Source of the DNA: an uncultured Thermoleophilia bacterium
GTDB taxonomy: Bacteria; Actinomycetota; Thermoleophilia; UBA2241
Direction: 5' to 3'
Assembly: GCA_963702475.1 (NCBI GenBank)
Contig: CAVPCT010000001.1
Coordinates: 32,001 to 96,000 of the forward strand
DNA length: 64,000 nucleotides
The notes beneath the pieces are model-generated. The model worked only from the letters and a program-made list of their open reading frames with translations. It ran no database searches and had not been told where the DNA came from. Made by a program: the position numbers and the translations under genes. Shown here one piece after another: positions 56,035-64,000 of this stretch. Position 1 is the stretch's first letter; every line of letters starts with the position of its first letter.

Positions 56035-57543
56035 TCACAGCAGCCGCGAGAACAGCCGGTACACGGAGTTGCGGAACTTCTGGCCGCCGGTGAAGCTGTC
56101 GAGGTACTGCCAGGTGACCTCCTCGCAGTCCCCGATGTCCTTCTCGTACTGCGCCGCGTAGTCCCGCGCGATCTTCTTGTCGTAGAAGATCGACACGACC
56201 TCGTCGTGAAGGATGATGCTGCGGATGTCCCAGTTGCAGGTGCCCATGAGCGCGAACTCCTCGTCCACGGTCACCGTCTTGGCGTGCAGGAAGCCGGCCT
56301 TGTAGAGGTAGACCTTGACGCCGGCGCGCAGGAGCTGAGGGTAGTAGGCGTGGGCGGCGTAGAAGGGGATCTTCTTGTCGGGCACGCCGGTCATCATGAA
56401 GCGCACGTCGATGCCGGATGCGGCGGCCGCGCACATGGCCGTGATCAGCGGTTCGTCGGGGACGAAATAGGGCGACTGGATCCAGATGCGCTCGCGGGCG
56501 CCCAGCAGCGACGTGATGAACACGTCGCGGATGGCCTTGAACGTGGTGCCCACGCTGGAATGCAGCACCTGCACCGGCGTGCCCTCGCCGGGGGCGCACG
56601 AGTGCACCGGAGGCAAGTAGCCGCTGACGAGGTCCTCCGTGCCCCCGTTGAGGATCCAGACGGCGCCGTAGAGGAGCAGGTACGGGATCACCGCCGCCCC
56701 GCTCAGCCGGAACGAGGTGTCCCTCCACACCGCGAAGCGCGGCCCCCCGTCGATGTACTCCTGGCCCATGTTCATCCCGCCGGAGTACACGCTCTTGCCG
56801 TCGATGATCACCATCTTCATGTGGTTGCGGTAGTTGAACTGCGGCAGACGCTTGTAGCAGGGCACGACGGTGGCGCCGGCGGCGGCCAGCTTCTTGAGCT
56901 CGTCCTTCTTGTAGCTGATGCAGGAGAGCCAGTCGTAGATGATGTGCACCTCGACCCCGGCCCTCATGCGCTCGAGCAGCACCTCGGTGACCTTGGCCGT
57001 GAGCTCGTCCTGCTCCCAGATGAGGTACATGAGGTGGATGTACTTCTCGGCCGTGGCCATCTCGGCGAGCAGGGCGGGGAACTTCTGCGAGCCGGCGGTG
57101 TAGATGTCGACGGAGGCGGAGGGGAGGACGGCGGAGCCCTCCTCGCGCAGGGCGGTGGACTGCACGCGGTGCGCGGCGGTGCCGGTGGTGGCCGCGACCG
57201 CCGCCTCGGTGAAGGCCGCGTTGGCCTCCTCCACCGGGGTCAGCGAGACCGCCCGCAGCTGCTGCGTGCGGGCGAGCATGGCCCGGCGCTTCTTGGAGTC
57301 GCGCCGGTAGTTGCGCCCGATGAAGAAGTAGGCGACGAGGCCGAGCACGGGGAAGAGCAGGACGACGAACATCCACGCCAGCACCGTGCTGGGGTCCCTG
57401 TCGTCGGTGGCGAGCACGACGACCACACCGGCGATGGCCAGCAGCAGGAGGATGTCGATCACCCAGAAGCCGAGATTGAAGATGCTGCTGTTGAGGAGGG
57501 CGACGGTGCTCATCGCCTCCAGCGTGCTGCCGAGTGTCGTCAT
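56035..57543 (-). CDS. cls: Cardiolipin synthase (PLD type)
   Basis: N-terminal two-TM PLDc_N region; HKD motifs NHMKMVIID and LHAKTVTVD; SPYFVPD. Confidence 0.94.
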   Translation of the reverse strand: MTTLGSTLEAMSTVALLNSSIFNLGFWVIDILLLLAIAGVVVVLATDDRDPSTVLAWMFVVLLFPVLGLVAYFFIGRNYRRDSKKRRAMLARTQQLRAVSLTPVEEANAAFTEAAVAATTGTAAHRVQSTALREEGSAVLPSASVDIYTAGSQKFPALLAEMATAEKYIHLMYLIWEQDELTAKVTEVLLERMRAGVEVHIIYDWLSCISYKKDELKKLAAAGATVVPCYKRLPQFNYRNHMKMVIIDGKSVYSGGMNMGQEYIDGGPRFAVWRDTSFRLSGAAVIPYLLLYGAVWILNGGTEDLVSGYLPPVHSCAPGEGTPVQVLHSSVGTTFKAIRDVFITSLLGARERIWIQSPYFVPDEPLITAMCAAAASGIDVRFMMTGVPDKKIPFYAAHAYYPQLLRAGVKVYLYKAGFLHAKTVTVDEEFALMGTCNWDIRSIILHDEVVSIFYDKKIARDYAAQYEKDIGDCEEVTWQYLDSFTGGQKFRNSVYRLFSRLL

Positions 57544-57612
57544 CGAGTCTCCTTGCTTCGCCGAGCGCATACTCTCGCACGTCCGGCGGACGCGCGTCCA
57601 CTCGGCTCACCG

Positions 57613-57643
57613 AAAGGCGACCCAGCGAGGCGGCAGGGTCGCC
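57613..57643 (-). terminator. Intrinsic terminator downstream of the 57751-58980 gene
   Basis: GGCGACCC/GGGTCGCC stem followed by TTT on the minus strand. Confidence 0.5.
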
Positions 57644-57750
57644 CAGGCAGCGTACGGTCGAGGGAGGCGCGGGCGCGGCCGGCCGTCTCCTCGCTCCGCG
57701 GCGGCTCCGGCTGCCGCGTCCGGCGGCGTAGCCCCGGCCGGGGCGTCCGC

Positions 57751-58980
57751 TCAGCCCTTGAACACGAAGGTGGCGGCGCAGCGGTCGGCCAGACCCAGAC
57801 TGTCGGGCGCCGCGGACGGGACGGTGAAGTCGAGCGAGCAGGTGTACGGCGGCTGCATGAAGACGTACTGCACGATGTGGATGCCGCGAGGCCCGTGCGG
57901 GAAGCCGGCGCGCGTCTCGGCGACGATGCGCGACGCAGGCCTGCCGGCAAGTCGGCCGTAGGCGACCGACTCGATGAGCCCTGTCTCGCCCAGACGGCGC
58001 GCCAGGTCGTCGGTGCGCCCCTGCAGCGTGATCGCGCTGTGCGCCGCGTCGAGCTCCTGGCGGAGGAGCACCCCGTACGCCGCATCGTCGAGGGTGGCTG
58101 CTCCGGCATCCACGGCGAACAGGAGCGCGGCCAGCTGCCCGCGGCTGCTGGCGTACATGGTCGTCAGCGGTGCGAGCCACTCTCCGGCCCACGCCGCCCA
58201 GTCGGGGCCGCGTACCTGCAAGGCCGCCGCCGCAGCTGCGCCGGCGGTCTCGGGGGCGCCGCCCATCCAGCCCTGGGGTACCGCCATGGTCGCCCAGGGA
58301 GCGTCGACCGGATCCCATCCCGGGGGCGGCGGAGGGGCCGCGGCAGCTCCGTCTTCGAGCAGGGCGGCGTCGGGGCCGGTCCAGACGGTGTGGACCTGCC
58401 GGCCGTCGCGGCCGTAGAGCGTCAGGGCGCGGCGAGTCTGCTCGGACGAGGCAGCCGGGAAGTCCCAGCAGATGCAGCGCGCCGCGCGGGCGAGGGTGTC
58501 TGCGCCCGGGTCGCCCGCGGCGCCGAGCACGGCAAGCACCCGCGCATCGAAGTCCAGGTACCGGGCGCGCCACATGTCCTGGACCATGGTCGCCGCCGGC
58601 TCCGCCTCCTGCGCCATCGCCTCCTGCGCCACCGCGGCCGGGCCGGCTGTGAGGGAGCCGGCCTCCGCACCCGGCGGGCCCGCGGTGGCGGACGCCGCCG
58701 CGGGCGTCTGGGCTTCACCGGCCGCCACCGGCAGGGGAGTCGTCGCCTGCGGGGACGGCGCCTGCATCGTGACCGCGGGTGCAGCAGCGGGCGGCGGCGC
58801 CAGCGAGTACGCCCACTCCCGAAGACCGTCGTAGGCCCATGTCAGGTGGCCTTGCCGGTCGTACTCGAGCACGTCGTGGGCGGTCACGAGACCGTGGCCC
58901 TCGAGCGTGAAGCGCCCTTCGTAGTACGTGATGGTCCTGCCTGCCCACCCGGTCGTGGGCCCGAAGGTGGCGACGAGCAT
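57751..58980 (-). CDS. Hypothetical modular protein
   Basis: RBS GAGAGGAG; compact aromatic-rich N-terminal domain, Ala/Pro linker and C-terminal alpha/beta domain. Confidence 0.75.
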   Translation of the reverse strand: MLVATFGPTTGWAGRTITYYEGRFTLEGHGLVTAHDVLEYDRQGHLTWAYDGLREWAYSLAPPPAAAPAVTMQAPSPQATTPLPVAAGEAQTPAAASATAGPPGAEAGSLTAGPAAVAQEAMAQEAEPAATMVQDMWRARYLDFDARVLAVLGAAGDPGADTLARAARCICWDFPAASSEQTRRALTLYGRDGRQVHTVWTGPDAALLEDGAAAAPPPPPGWDPVDAPWATMAVPQGWMGGAPETAGAAAAAALQVRGPDWAAWAGEWLAPLTTMYASSRGQLAALLFAVDAGAATLDDAAYGVLLRQELDAAHSAITLQGRTDDLARRLGETGLIESVAYGRLAGRPASRIVAETRAGFPHGPRGIHIVQYVFMQPPYTCSLDFTVPSAAPDSLGLADRCAATFVFKG

Positions 58981-59112
58981 GGTCACTCCTCTCACGCGGC
59001 CGGCGGGACGCTGTCTCCGGGGGTCATCTTCGCCCCCAGGGCGTCGGCGGTCCAGAGCGCACCCTCGGCGGGTCGTTCGAGGCGGCAGGGCGAAGCCCCC
59101 GCCGGGCCGGGA

Positions 59113-59757
59113 TCAGTCCGCGGCCACCTGCCGGCGGCGCAGGTAGCGCACCGCCCACACGATCGCGCCGGGGGCGGCCGAGAGGCACACGGCCACGACC
59201 AGGGCGACCGCGAGGTAGTCCTGTACCCAGGGGACGTTGCCGAACAGGACGCCGGCGCCGAAGAAGATGGTCACCCATGAGGCGGCGGCGACCGCCGCGT
59301 ACAGCACCATCTTGTGCATCTCGAGACCGGCCACGCCCGCCACGAAGGGGGCCAGGGTTCGCACGATCGGCAGGTACCGCGCCAGCACGATGGCCAGCCC
59401 GCCGTGGCGCTCGTAGAACTCGTGGGCCCGCGCGATGTGCTCCGGCTTCAGATGCTTGCGCGGCTTGTTGAGGATCCGTCCGCCGATCCAGCGACCGATC
59501 AGGTAGTTGACCATGTCGCCGAGGAAGGCCGCGGCGAAGAGCAACGGCCCGAGGACGACCACGTCCAGCACCCCGGCGCCGGCGAGCGTGCCGCTGGCCA
59601 GCAGCAGGGACTCGCCGGGGAGGAACGGCGCCACCACGAGGCCGGTCTCGCAGAAGATGACGGCGGCGATGGACACGTACGACCACGGACCCAGCACGCC
59701 GATGAGCTGTGCCAGGTACTGGTCGAATTCGAGGATGTAGTGCAGGAGCTGGTCCAC
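59113..59757 (-). CDS. dedA: DedA/VTT family membrane protein
   Basis: FCETGLVVAPFLPGESLL, LGDMVNY.IGR, ARYLPIVRTLAPFVAG. Confidence 0.93.
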   Translation of the reverse strand: MDQLLHYILEFDQYLAQLIGVLGPWSYVSIAAVIFCETGLVVAPFLPGESLLLASGTLAGAGVLDVVVLGPLLFAAAFLGDMVNYLIGRWIGGRILNKPRKHLKPEHIARAHEFYERHGGLAIVLARYLPIVRTLAPFVAGVAGLEMHKMVLYAAVAAASWVTIFFGAGVLFGNVPWVQDYLAVALVVAVCLSAAPGAIVWAVRYLRRRQVAAD

Positions 59758-59874
59758 TGTCAGGGTGACGTGCGCGCGGGCGTTGCAGTTCGGAGGGCGC
59801 GGGCTACTCTGCTGTCACCCGCGCCGGTCCTGCCGAGTATGACGCGGTCCGGCCGGGGCCGCGACCGCGTCGTG

Positions 59875-61083
59875 TCAGGCCGGGCCCGGCGAAGCCTGCG
59901 GCCCGGCCTGACCGGGCTCCGCCTCGGATGCGGCCTTCTGCTGCTCCGGGTGCTTGTGCAGCCGGCGTGCCTTGTACACCACGCGGTAGCGGTCGTACAG
60001 CACGATGATGAGCGTCAGCAGGTACGCGAAGAACAGCGTCTGCACGAACGGCGTGCGTGCGTCGCGGACGCCGAGCACGCGGTCCAGGAACTCCAGCACG
60101 AGCATGATGCCGAGGTTCACCACGAGCATCGTCACGAGCTCGCCGGCCGTACGCCTCCAGCTGCGGCCGCGCGTGGCCATCCAGTGACTCACGGCGGCGT
60201 TGACCACGGTGAACACCGCGACGCCGATGGTGATGCGCACCGGGTGCGCGGAGCCGCCGCTGAGCATGCTGGCGAAGATGATGCTGAGGATCGCCGTGAG
60301 GGCGATCTTCTCCCAGAGCGCCCAGTCGAGAAGGCGCGAGCCGGCTTTGACCAGGCGGAACGGCTCGGCGCCGTGCAGCTCGGGGGGCAACGCATCGGCC
60401 GCGAGGTGGGGGCCGTGGTCGAACTTCGGCGCCTTGCGCGTGACGATCCAGTAGGCGATGAAGCCGAGGGCCGCGAAGAAGGCGATCATCGCCACGAGCA
60501 CCCACGGCCGGTTGGCGATGGCCTCGCCCCAGCTCGAGTCGGCGGTCACGCCGAACAAGGTCTCCTTCATGAAGTCGGTCACGTCGAGCTGGGCGATGTG
60601 GATCCACCACTCCTGCGGGAGCTTGATGAAGATCCAGATGCCGGCGGCGGCCAGGATCACCGTCCACTTGCCCATGTGGCTCCAGTTCCAGCCCAGGCGC
60701 ACGGCCTCCACGAACAGCCAGAAGTACTCGAACGTGTTGGGGAAGATGAACAGGATCGGGCGCCACTGCGTGAGCTCGAACGAGACCACGCCGACCATGC
60801 GGTAGTAGAAGAGGAACTGGGCCGTGCGGAAGGCGATCTGGTTGGTCCAGTTGCGCAGCGTCGAGAGGTAGGCGACGGACAGGTAGTAGACGTCCAGCGC
60901 TTTGTCGTATGACTGGTACCCCTCCAGCGGGATGGCCGGGAACTTCTGGAAGATGCTCTGGTCCGCGGAGTCGAGGACCATACAGGCGACCAGGGCGGGC
61001 ACCGGGTAGTACGGGATCAGGAGGGGCAGGAGCAGGCGTGCGCCGATCACCAGCACCACGACGGTCCACTCCACCGTTCCCAC
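59875..61083 (-). CDS. Uncharacterised integral membrane protein
   Basis: RBS AGAGGAGG; LDSADQ, YQSYDKALDVYY, FPNTFEYF, KLPQEWWIH; many TMs. Confidence 0.8.
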   Translation of the reverse strand: MGTVEWTVVVLVIGARLLLPLLIPYYPVPALVACMVLDSADQSIFQKFPAIPLEGYQSYDKALDVYYLSVAYLSTLRNWTNQIAFRTAQFLFYYRMVGVVSFELTQWRPILFIFPNTFEYFWLFVEAVRLGWNWSHMGKWTVILAAAGIWIFIKLPQEWWIHIAQLDVTDFMKETLFGVTADSSWGEAIANRPWVLVAMIAFFAALGFIAYWIVTRKAPKFDHGPHLAADALPPELHGAEPFRLVKAGSRLLDWALWEKIALTAILSIIFASMLSGGSAHPVRITIGVAVFTVVNAAVSHWMATRGRSWRRTAGELVTMLVVNLGIMLVLEFLDRVLGVRDARTPFVQTLFFAYLLTLIIVLYDRYRVVYKARRLHKHPEQQKAASEAEPGQAGPQASPGPA

Positions 61084-61254
61084 ACACGCCTCCTCTACCG
61101 GGCCCCCCCGGGATGCTATCATCCTGACCGCCCGGCAAGGGCGGCAGCCGTCGTCGACGCCATCATCGTGTGGGGTCAGGCGGCGAGGTGCGTGTGCGCA
61201 GCGCGGGCGTAGTAGAGTCCGCCCACAGGCAGTCGACAGAATCGGAGAGTGCGT

Positions 61255-61779
61255 ATGAGCGAGATGATGGTCCTGGGCTTCGAGAACGAGCTGGAGGCCG
61301 ACCGCTTCGGCCTCAAGCTCGCGGAGCTGCAGCAGCAGATGATCGTGCAGCTCGGCGACGCCGCCGAGGTGATCCGCGACCCCGACGGCAAGCCGCACGT
61401 CAAGCACGGCGACCACATCGTCGGGGCCGGGGCCATGGGCGGCGCCTTCTGGGGCATGCTCTTCGGCCTGCTCTTCTTCATGCCCTTCCTCGGTCTCGCC
61501 ATCGGCGCCGGCATGGGCGCCCTCTTCGGCAAGATGGGCAAGACCGGCATCGACAAGCAGATCCTCGAGCAGATGGGCGACGCCATCCCCCCCGGCAAGG
61601 CCGGCTGGTTCCTCATCATCGACCAGATGACCGAGGACAAGTTCCTCGCCGCCGTCGAGGGCACCAACGCCAAGCTGGTGCGCTCCAACCTCACGGCCGA
61701 GCAGGAGGAGCAGCTCAAGCACGCCTTCGGCGCCAAGCACCACAAGAAGGACAAGGCGGCTCCGGCGGAGACCGCCTGA
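61255..61779 (+). CDS. DUF1269 domain protein
   Basis: DAAEV.R..DGK, GAFWGMLFGLLF..P.LG.AIGA..GAL.G, GID, SNL..EQE. Confidence 0.88.
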   Translation: MSEMMVLGFENELEADRFGLKLAELQQQMIVQLGDAAEVIRDPDGKPHVKHGDHIVGAGAMGGAFWGMLFGLLFFMPFLGLAIGAGMGALFGKMGKTGIDKQILEQMGDAIPPGKAGWFLIIDQMTEDKFLAAVEGTNAKLVRSNLTAEQEEQLKHAFGAKHHKKDKAAPAETA

Positions 61780-61806
61780 GCTTCGGCGGCTGAGCTTCAC
61801 CACATG

Positions 61807-61846
61807 GACGCGGCGGGGCGGCCCTCCCCGGCCTCCCCGCCGCGTC
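61807..61846 (+). terminator. Hairpin between the DUF1269 and TMEM175 genes
   Basis: GACGCGGCGGGG / CCCCGCCGCGTC 12-bp stem. Confidence 0.55.
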
Positions 61847-61867
61847 TCTCCATCCGGAGGGTCACCA

Positions 61868-62509
61868 GTGAGTCCGCGCCGCCACAGGAAGGAGCACAAG
61901 AAGGGACGCCTGGAGGCGTTCAGCGACGGCGTGTTCGCCATCGCCATCACGCTCCTCGTGCTCGAGATCACCGTGCCACACGTCACCGGCGACAAGCTGC
62001 TCGGCGAGCTGTGGCACGAGCGCCAGATGATCCTCGCCTACTTCGTCGCGTTCATGACCATCGGCGCCGTGTGGATCGAGCACAGCGCCCTGGTGGACGG
62101 GCTGGAGAAGGTGGACAGCGTCTTCATGCGCCTCAACCTTCTCCTTCTGCTCTTCTGCGCGCTGCTCCCGTTCCCCACCAGGCTCATGGGTGAGTACGCC
62201 GGCGACAAGCCGGGCGAGCGCGTGGCGGTCGTCTTCTTCGGCATCGTCCTGCTCATGCAGACCGTGATGCTGTACGTCCTCGCGCGCCACGCGGAGAAAG
62301 AGGGGCTCTACGGCTCGGACCTGGCGGACGAGGAGAATGAGGAGTCGCGGCTCAGGTACCAGCTGGCGCCGAGCCTCATCTTCTACGCCGTGGCCCTCGG
62401 TCTCGGCTTCATCTTCCCCTATCTCAGCCTCGTCCTGTACCTGCTGGTGGCCGTGTATCTCGCGGTCCCCGTCAGCACCGTGCGCAGGCTCTTCCGGCGT
62501 TCCGCCTGA
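61868..62509 (+). CDS. TMEM175 family potassium channel
   Basis: RLEAFSDGVFAIAITLLVL, W.EH, LNL..L....LLPFPT. Confidence 0.92.
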   Translation: MSPRRHRKEHKKGRLEAFSDGVFAIAITLLVLEITVPHVTGDKLLGELWHERQMILAYFVAFMTIGAVWIEHSALVDGLEKVDSVFMRLNLLLLLFCALLPFPTRLMGEYAGDKPGERVAVVFFGIVLLMQTVMLYVLARHAEKEGLYGSDLADEENEESRLRYQLAPSLIFYAVALGLGFIFPYLSLVLYLLVAVYLAVPVSTVRRLFRRSA

Positions 62510-62589
62510 GTCCGGTCGTCCGGGAACCGGCGGCGCGGCGCCGGCGCCGGCCTCGTCCGGTGCCCCTGTGGTAAGTAAGCCCCCACTCC

Positions 62590-62641
62590 TGCTATAAGGA
62601 TGCGATCAACGAGGGGGCCGCTTCGCAACACCCCTCGTTGA
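62590..62641 (+). promoter_or_regulatory. Possible extended -10 element followed by a 5' leader hairpin
   Basis: TG-C-TATAAG (62590-62598); TCAACGAGGGG/CCCCTCGTTGA 11-bp stem (62606-62641). Confidence 0.45.
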
Positions 62642-62679
62642 GCCCGCTACGTCGCTTGATGGTCATCGGGGAGGTCGGC

Positions 62680-63978
62680 ATGTCGCGCAGGGGCTGGATC
62701 GTCGTCATCATCGTTCTGGCGGTCGTCGCGGCGGCCCTCGTGGGGGTCCTGCTCGCCACCGCCGGTGGCGGGGCGGCCGTCCCGGACGTGACCGGCCAGA
62801 CGCAGGAAGAGGCGGCCGCGGCGCTCGAGGCGGCCGGTTTCGTGGTCGGCGACGTCACGGAGGCCGCCGACGACGCCGTCCCGGCGGGCTCGGTCGTGAG
62901 CCAGGACCCGGCGGGCGGCGTGACGGCCGACGAGGGCGCCGCCGTCGCGCTCACCGTGTCCGCGGGGGCCGAGACCGTCGAGGTGCCCAATGTCATGGGC
63001 CTTGGCGTCGTCGAGGCGGAGGAGATGCTCGCCGACGCCGGCCTCGCCTCCGAGACCGCCTACGAGTACGACCTCAGGGCTCCTGCCGACCAGGTCCTGG
63101 GGCAGCTGCCCGCGCCGGGCGCGCAGGCCGCACCAGGGTCGAGCATCGGCCTGCTCGTGTCCAAGGGAGTGCCCACCGAGACCACCGTGCCCGAGGTCAC
63201 CGGTCTGAGCGAGGCGCAGGCCACGCGCAAGCTCGCCGAGGCCGGGCTGAGAGCAGTGCCGGCCGAGGCCTACAGCGACACCGTCGCCGAAGGCGTCGTC
63301 GCCCATCAGGACCCGGCCGCCGGGGAGGTCGTTTCCCCGCTTTCAGACGTGCTTATCGAGGTGTCGCTCGGAGAGGGCACCGCGACCGTCACGGTGCCCG
63401 ATCTCGTGGGCCTCACCAGGTCGGACGCCGCCGACGAGCTCGAGGCGCTCGGCCTGTCCGCCGAGATCGCCCAGGCGTACAGCCCGGACGCGAAGAAGGA
63501 CGTGGTGATGGGTCAGGAGCCGCGCGCGGGCGTGGAGGTCGAGCCGGGGTCGAGCGTCGGGCTGCTCGTCTCGCTCGGCCCGTCGCCGAGCCCGAGCCCG
63601 TCGCCGTCGAAGACCCCTTCGGCCTCGCCCACTCCGACGCCGGAGCCTACGAAGACGGCGACACCGACCTCCTCGGCCACGCCTTCACCCAAGCCCACCG
63701 CTTGGCCGCCCGAGATCGAGCCGCCGCCCGACGTGGGGGTCGACTACGTCAAGGTGCCCGACCTCACCGGCATGACGGTGAAGGATGCCGAGGAGGAGCT
63801 GGAGGAGCTGGGGCTGGAGTCTTACGTGGTCCGGCAGCCGAGCGAGGAGTATGCCGAGGACCTCGTGATGGACCAGCTGCCGGAGGCGGGCAGGCGGCTC
63901 CCGCAGACGTACGCGGTCTTCCTGCTTGTCTCCACCGGGCCCGAGTACGAGGTCTCACTGACGCTCGCGGACGAGTGA
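62680..63978 (+). CDS. Membrane-anchored protein with five PASTA domains and no catalytic domain
   Basis: N-terminal TM, four VP.V.G...A...L...G..Q.P..G..VS.G repeats, a Pro/Ser/Thr linker and a fifth PASTA domain. Confidence 0.9.
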   Translation: MSRRGWIVVIIVLAVVAAALVGVLLATAGGGAAVPDVTGQTQEEAAAALEAAGFVVGDVTEAADDAVPAGSVVSQDPAGGVTADEGAAVALTVSAGAETVEVPNVMGLGVVEAEEMLADAGLASETAYEYDLRAPADQVLGQLPAPGAQAAPGSSIGLLVSKGVPTETTVPEVTGLSEAQATRKLAEAGLRAVPAEAYSDTVAEGVVAHQDPAAGEVVSPLSDVLIEVSLGEGTATVTVPDLVGLTRSDAADELEALGLSAEIAQAYSPDAKKDVVMGQEPRAGVEVEPGSSVGLLVSLGPSPSPSPSPSKTPSASPTPTPEPTKTATPTSSATPSPKPTAWPPEIEPPPDVGVDYVKVPDLTGMTVKDAEEELEELGLESYVVRQPSEEYAEDLVMDQLPEAGRRLPQTYAVFLLVSTGPEYEVSLTLADE

Positions 63979-64000
63979 CGCGGTGACGCGGCGGCGCCGG

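Noticed and set aside
63578-63730. Low-complexity CCG/TCG/ACG repeats
   Set aside because: They encode the Pro/Ser/Thr linker of the PASTA protein and are not an independent repeat element.

Overview
Very GC-rich (roughly 70-75% by eye) bacterial chromosomal DNA. The gene content (Ku/LigD, PASTA protein, RsbW-like protein, IPT/TIG surface proteins) suggests an actinobacterium, possibly Thermoleophilia-like; this is inference only. I see no rRNA, tRNA, CRISPR array, intact transposase or prophage. About 50 intact CDSs are present: ABC-2, MFS, EamA, LysE and CDF transporters, K+ channels, CspA, PepE-DUF1611, MoxR-DUF58-transglutaminase, Ku-LigD, two paralogous long-chain acyl-adenylating enzymes, ACP and cardiolipin synthase, among others. 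The best candidates for undescribed biology are (i) an in-frame fusion of a class II Fic domain with a degenerate motif to a Pol-beta-like nucleotidyltransferase, (ii) a DUF7662-like domain fused to a YaaA-like domain, (iii) a CsoR/RcnR-type operator over the DUF1638 promoter, and (iv) a terminator-containing cspA leader. The window also holds many shattered gene remnants, several apparently joined at short microhomologies, and it encodes NHEJ (Ku-LigD). All family calls come from motif recognition by eye, not database searches. Start codons were often re-chosen from RBS position and are approximate.
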